A stretch of DNA of 64,000 nt, taken from assembly GCA_902521725.1 (NCBI GenBank), contig CABYTF010000003.1:81709-145708 (forward strand). The letters run 5' to 3'. The DNA is from an uncultured Gammaproteobacteria bacterium. Its GTDB lineage: Bacteria > Pseudomonadota > Gammaproteobacteria > GCA-002705445 > GCA-002716945. The first letter of the stretch is position 1. Every line of letters begins with the position of its first letter. The notes below the pieces were generated by a model. That model was given only the letters and a program-made list of their open reading frames with translations, did not search any database and had not been told where the DNA came from. Position numbers and translations under genes: made by a program. Positions 60,182 through 64,000 of this stretch are shown here, in pieces.

Positions 60182-60403
60182 ATGAGTTTAACACTACTAA
60201 AATGGGGGAGCACATTTCTGGTCTTAACAGGGATACTCGTTGCTCAATTTAATGTATATCCTCTATATATCTTTATACATTCAATTGGCGCATTAGGTTG
60301 GATGATATCTGGATATTTGATGAATGATAAAGCTGTAATGACTAACTTTGGACTACAGCTACCTATATTTGGAATTGGTTATATGAATTATTTTTTGATC
60401 TAA
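60182..60403 (+). CDS. small two-TM membrane protein, unknown
   Basis: 73 aa. Preceded by a plausible RBS (caggagaataactATG). Confidence 0.35.
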   Translation: MSLTLLKWGSTFLVLTGILVAQFNVYPLYIFIHSIGALGWMISGYLMNDKAVMTNFGLQLPIFGIGYMNYFLI

Positions 60404-60530
60404 TAACACGTAATTTTATCTGAGGATATATGATCCAATACTACTAATGAGATGCAGTCACTAGTCTAAAGACGATGGGGATATAATAGGCTGGAGTTAT
60501 TTAATAAAATCACAATATAATTCAGTTATA

Positions 60531-61556
60531 TTGAATAGTGTGTTTAGGATAATATTTTTATTTTTATTTCTTGGGTTAATAACTGTGGTGGCCTCATTGA
60601 ACCCATACCATGCTTGTTATCATAAGGATAGTACAACAATTACACATAAATCTGATGTTTTTACCGCATGTGTAACATCATCAAACACATTTGATTATAA
60701 TTATGATAATTCACAGCATCATTTGAGTGTACCCGTGCATTTTTATTTTCCAAAATCATCGAATAAGGTACCCATAATTATTATTTCGCATGGAGCAGGT
60801 GGTATTTTTCAGTTCCATCATAATTATAAAGATATTTTTTTATCAAACGGTTTTGCTGTTGCGATAATAGATCATTTTAGCCCAAGGAATATTGCAATTG
60901 ATTTTAATTTTGTTGATGTCTCAGAGGCAATGATGTTGTCTGATGTATCTGGAACTTTAAAACATCTTATCAACTACTATAGCCATAGAATTAATGGGCA
61001 AATTGGTTATATTGGTTGGTCAAAGGGTGGAATCTCTTCACTTTCACTAAGAAGCAAAAAAATATACGATAAATATATCCCAACGAACATCAAATTATCA
61101 TTTCTGGGAGGCATATATACATACTGTGGTGTCTCATTCGAAGATTATCAATCTTCAAACACTCCTTTATTATTAATTAGTGGAGAAATGGATGGGATAA
61201 CCCCTTCAAAGTATTGCGAAAATTTATATGAAGACTACAGAGATGATGAGGAGATTGAGTATCATCAGTTAGAGAATGCTCACCACGGATTTGATAATCA
61301 TGCTTTTTTACTGGGTGCATACCTACCATGGCAACCCACGCTAATTAAATCTGAGACATGCACAATCAAAATTAATGATTCACTGATGACAGTGAATGAA
61401 GCCGGAACCTATTCCTTGAATGACCAGCAATCTAGAGGGGAATTTGTAGAAGTTTGTACAAAAAAAGGAGCTTTTGTAAAGTATGATACTTCTTCTAAGA
61501 ATAAATCACAGAAGATTGTTTCAGAGTTCGTCAAGTCTAAATTCAAGTTTAATTAA
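60531..61556 (+). CDS. secreted alpha/beta-hydrolase (dienelactone hydrolase-like)
   Basis: Signal peptide. IIIISHGAGG and GYIGWSKGG (GxSxG) nucleophile elbow. C-terminal His (ENAHHGFD). Confidence 0.55.
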   Translation: MNSVFRIIFLFLFLGLITVVASLNPYHACYHKDSTTITHKSDVFTACVTSSNTFDYNYDNSQHHLSVPVHFYFPKSSNKVPIIIISHGAGGIFQFHHNYKDIFLSNGFAVAIIDHFSPRNIAIDFNFVDVSEAMMLSDVSGTLKHLINYYSHRINGQIGYIGWSKGGISSLSLRSKKIYDKYIPTNIKLSFLGGIYTYCGVSFEDYQSSNTPLLLISGEMDGITPSKYCENLYEDYRDDEEIEYHQLENAHHGFDNHAFLLGAYLPWQPTLIKSETCTIKINDSLMTVNEAGTYSLNDQQSRGEFVEVCTKKGAFVKYDTSSKNKSQKIVSEFVKSKFKFN

Positions 61557-61612
61557 TAAAATTTTCAAAAACCTTTAACTTTATTACCATCATTGGTAAA
61601 TATTATTATTTA

Positions 61613-62395
61613 GTGCAAGAGCATGACTATAGATCGATTTTTATTTCCGATATACATCTCGGGACGAAAGGATGTCAAGCTGACGTCCTACTTAGTTTCC
61701 TGAAAAGATACTCTTCATTGAATCTATATTTGATAGGCGACATCGTTGATGGATGGCAGGTAAATAATGGATTTTATTGGCCACAAGAGCATACAAATGT
61801 CATTAGGAGATTTTTAACATCTGCAAAAAGAGGAACTAAAGTAAGATATATTCTTGGCAATCACGACGAGGCTCTCAGAAAGTATTTAACATATGATATC
61901 ACTTTTGGAGACATATCTATTCTTGATGAATGCACTCACTATGGTACTGATATGAAAAAATATCTCATAACACACGGGGATCATTATGATAAAACTATGG
62001 AGTACCCATGGCTCAGTTACTTCGGAGACCGAGCATACAACTATGCCGTGTGGTTAAGTAGGCAACTCAATAAAGTGAGACGATTACTGAGATTACCTTA
62101 CTGGAGTTTCTCAGGAATGTTAAAACAAAAAGCAAAAGGTTATCTTGATTATCTCTACCAATTTGAATCACAGATTGCAAAACATGCTCAAATAAGAAAC
62201 TTTGATGGTGTTATTTGTGGTCATACGCATACAGCAAAAATTGTTGAGATTAATGACATAATTTACATGAACGATGGTGATTGGGTCGACAGCTGTACAG
62301 CTTTAGTGGAACACCATAATGGACAATTTGAGATCATCAATTGGAGGGATAAAAGTAAACAGCTTGACCTTGGTTTAGAGGAATTTTACCAGTAA
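61613..62395 (+). CDS. calcineurin-like metallophosphoesterase, LpxH-like
   Basis: SDIHLG ...(27)... IGDIVDGW ... ILGNHDE spacing matches the LpxH-type metallophosphoesterase motif series. Confidence 0.45.
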   Translation: MQEHDYRSIFISDIHLGTKGCQADVLLSFLKRYSSLNLYLIGDIVDGWQVNNGFYWPQEHTNVIRRFLTSAKRGTKVRYILGNHDEALRKYLTYDITFGDISILDECTHYGTDMKKYLITHGDHYDKTMEYPWLSYFGDRAYNYAVWLSRQLNKVRRLLRLPYWSFSGMLKQKAKGYLDYLYQFESQIAKHAQIRNFDGVICGHTHTAKIVEINDIIYMNDGDWVDSCTALVEHHNGQFEIINWRDKSKQLDLGLEEFYQ

Positions 62396-62473
62396 TAAAT
62401 ACTTAATAAAATTGTAGATAAAATAAAACTAAACGTTTTTATTATTTTAATAATTTTTAATTACATTGCGAAT

Positions 62474-63328
62474 GTGATTAATTTAATTACTCAAAAGAGC
62501 AGAGATCTCACAAATCATCTATTTGATCATAGTAAATCATACCCTAAATTTTCGTTCAAAGAAGCTGAGACTATAAAAGAAACAAATCAAGCTCAGAATT
62601 TGAGATACAAGATTTTTAAAAATGAGCTGCATGTTACGACAAAATTAAAGGGGAAACTGATTAAGAGAGAGTTTGATCAGTATGATGAAAAAGCTTCTCA
62701 TATAATCGTTAAATCTAAATCTACACCACTGAGTCGTGAGAAGGTGGTTGGTGTGTATCGAGTAATAAAATATTCATCCTCCTCTCAGTTAGATAACTGC
62801 TATACGGTAAAGAGCATGTGCTTTAACCTAGATCTTTTTAAAAAAAATATTGGATATAGTAACTTTCTAGAACTGGGTCGCACTTGCATACTCCCAGAGT
62901 ATAGAAAATCTGGAGTTCTCAAGCTTCTTTGGAAAGGATTATATAATTATATTATGCAAGAGAAAATAGATGTCCTACTGGGATGTGCAAGTTTCTGGAC
63001 AATTGAGCCCGATGAAATAGTCCCGCAACTCAGTTACCTCAAACAAAACCATCTTATGGATGAAAAAATTTTAGTAACACCAAGGGAGAGTATATCTCCA
63101 TCTGTTGACAAGTTATCAAAATGTAAAATGTATGATAGCTTTGATCTTCATGGCACCGAAAAATCAGTATTCAAATCACTTCCAAGTTTAATTAAAGCAT
63201 ATATAAATGTTGGGTCTAAGTTTGGAGATGGTGCTGTGATTGATTATGAGTTTAGATCTATTGATGTTTTTACCTATGTCGATATCCATAGTATCGATGA
63301 TAGAGTTAAAAGATTTTATGCAAAATAA
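62474..63328 (+). CDS. olsB: GNAT-fold N-acyltransferase, OlsB-like (ornithine lipid / N-acyl amino acid synthase family)
   Basis: LRYKIFKNELH N-terminal motif of the COG3176 'hemolysin-like' acyltransferases. Directly followed by a PlsC-type acyltransferase. Confidence 0.5.
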   Translation: MINLITQKSRDLTNHLFDHSKSYPKFSFKEAETIKETNQAQNLRYKIFKNELHVTTKLKGKLIKREFDQYDEKASHIIVKSKSTPLSREKVVGVYRVIKYSSSSQLDNCYTVKSMCFNLDLFKKNIGYSNFLELGRTCILPEYRKSGVLKLLWKGLYNYIMQEKIDVLLGCASFWTIEPDEIVPQLSYLKQNHLMDEKILVTPRESISPSVDKLSKCKMYDSFDLHGTEKSVFKSLPSLIKAYINVGSKFGDGAVIDYEFRSIDVFTYVDIHSIDDRVKRFYAK

Positions 63329-64000
63329 CACTCGTAATAGAATATCAATAGCAGCCTTTGAGAAAAATATTATAAAAAGAAACATACTAGTTTTTTTAGA
63401 AAAATTGTTAGGTATCACGGTGATTGATAAGTTATATGGAGAATCAATAGCCAAAAATACAAACGATAACTTTTGGTCGTCAGCAATAAAAGTACTGAAT
63501 ATAGATCTGGAAATTAATTATCAAAATGATGCTGAAGTACCTCGTCAAGGTCCATTGATAGTGGTTTGCAATCATCCTTTTGGAATTATAGACGGAATTT
63601 TGATAGGAAAAATCATTTCCTTTTATAGAGATGACTATATGTTTCTTGCTAATTCAGCTCTTCAGAAAATTCCAGAGATAAAAGATAGAATTATTCCTGT
63701 CGATCTTAGTACTCTCGAGAAAAAAAATTCTAAGGCCAGTTCGTTATCATCAATGAGAAAAGTACATTCTCATTTAAATGAAGGTGGTGTACTCATAATT
63801 TTTCCAGGAGGAGAAGTCTCAAGCGCCCAAAGAATATGGGATACACCAGTCGATCCAGTATGGAGCCCTCTGCCTGTGAAGTTGTCAAGAACTTTTAATT
63901 GCGGAATACTTCCCATTTTTATACACGGTAGCTCTAGCCTATTATTCCAATTTGTAACAAAGATATCATTTTCTCTAAGAAAATATTTTTTGTTTAGAGA
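63318..64000 (+). CDS. olsA: lysophospholipid (PlsC/OlsA-like) acyltransferase, 5' part (runs off window end)
   Basis: Manual translation from ATG 63318 gives MQNNTRNRISIAAFEK...VVCNHPFGIIDG (HX4D motif)...IFPGGEVS. The ORF stays open to position 64000. Confidence 0.6.
   Translation, partial: MQNNTRNRISIAAFEKNIIKRNILVFLEKLLGITVIDKLYGESIAKNTNDNFWSSAIKVLNIDLEINYQNDAEVPRQGPLIVVCNHPFGIIDGILIGKIISFYRDDYMFLANSALQKIPEIKDRIIPVDLSTLEKKNSKASSLSSMRKVHSHLNEGGVLIIFPGGEVSSAQRIWDTPVDPVWSPLPVKLSRTFNCGILPIFIHGSSSLLFQFVTKISFSLRKYFLFR

Noticed and set aside
63188-63454. 88-aa minus-strand ORF across the olsB/olsA junction
   Set aside because: It is antisense to two plus-strand genes that overlap at start/stop codons. 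Its composition is Ile/Phe/Asn-rich and typical of AT-rich noise.

Overview
The window is a very AT-rich (roughly 30% GC by eye), extremely gene-dense chromosomal segment. Its local gene order matches gammaproteobacterial core synteny: folK–panBCD, rplS–trmD–rimM–rpsP, xseB–dxs, dapA–bamC, perM/hda/purMN, and yceI–yceA. Genes often share 1–4 bp at start/stop codons, including convergent genes sharing a TTAA/TTAG stop tetranucleotide. This is consistent with a streamlined, probably marine, low-GC gammaproteobacterium; I cannot name the taxon from sequence alone.

Core content: partial gltX, the tldD/pmbA peptidase pair, an LPS inner-core cluster (GT2, GT4, two GT9 heptosyltransferases, hldD), purEK, pgi, panBCD, folK, a ribosomal protein operon, dxs, queD/folE2, dapA, proS (short form), wrbA, purMN, argG, Moco genes (moaA/D/E, moeB, yiiM MOSC), hisI, the system I cytochrome c maturation genes ccmD–I, and an olsB/olsA-like pair at the 3' end.

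The accessory features worth a second look are listed below.
- A radical SAM/Cys-rich (ArsS-like) + GT2 + DUF2064 cassette sits divergent from tldD–pmbA.
- An unassigned PTPS-like/MDR-dehydrogenase/CDP-alcohol phosphatidyltransferase/GT4/methyltransferase/flippase-like cluster may be a head-group or glycoconjugate pathway.
- A TonB receptor with an acidic (E9) loop is paired with a His/Cys-rich small protein, and a candidate Fur/Zur-type box lies upstream (a zinc assignment is inference).
- A MerP/MerT-like pair is followed by a CsoR-type regulator.
- rpsP carries a tandem-repeat C-terminal extension.
- Two intergenic regions (52224–52713 and 59640–60181) are unusually long for this genome.

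I recognised no rRNA, tRNA, CRISPR array, transposase or integrase.
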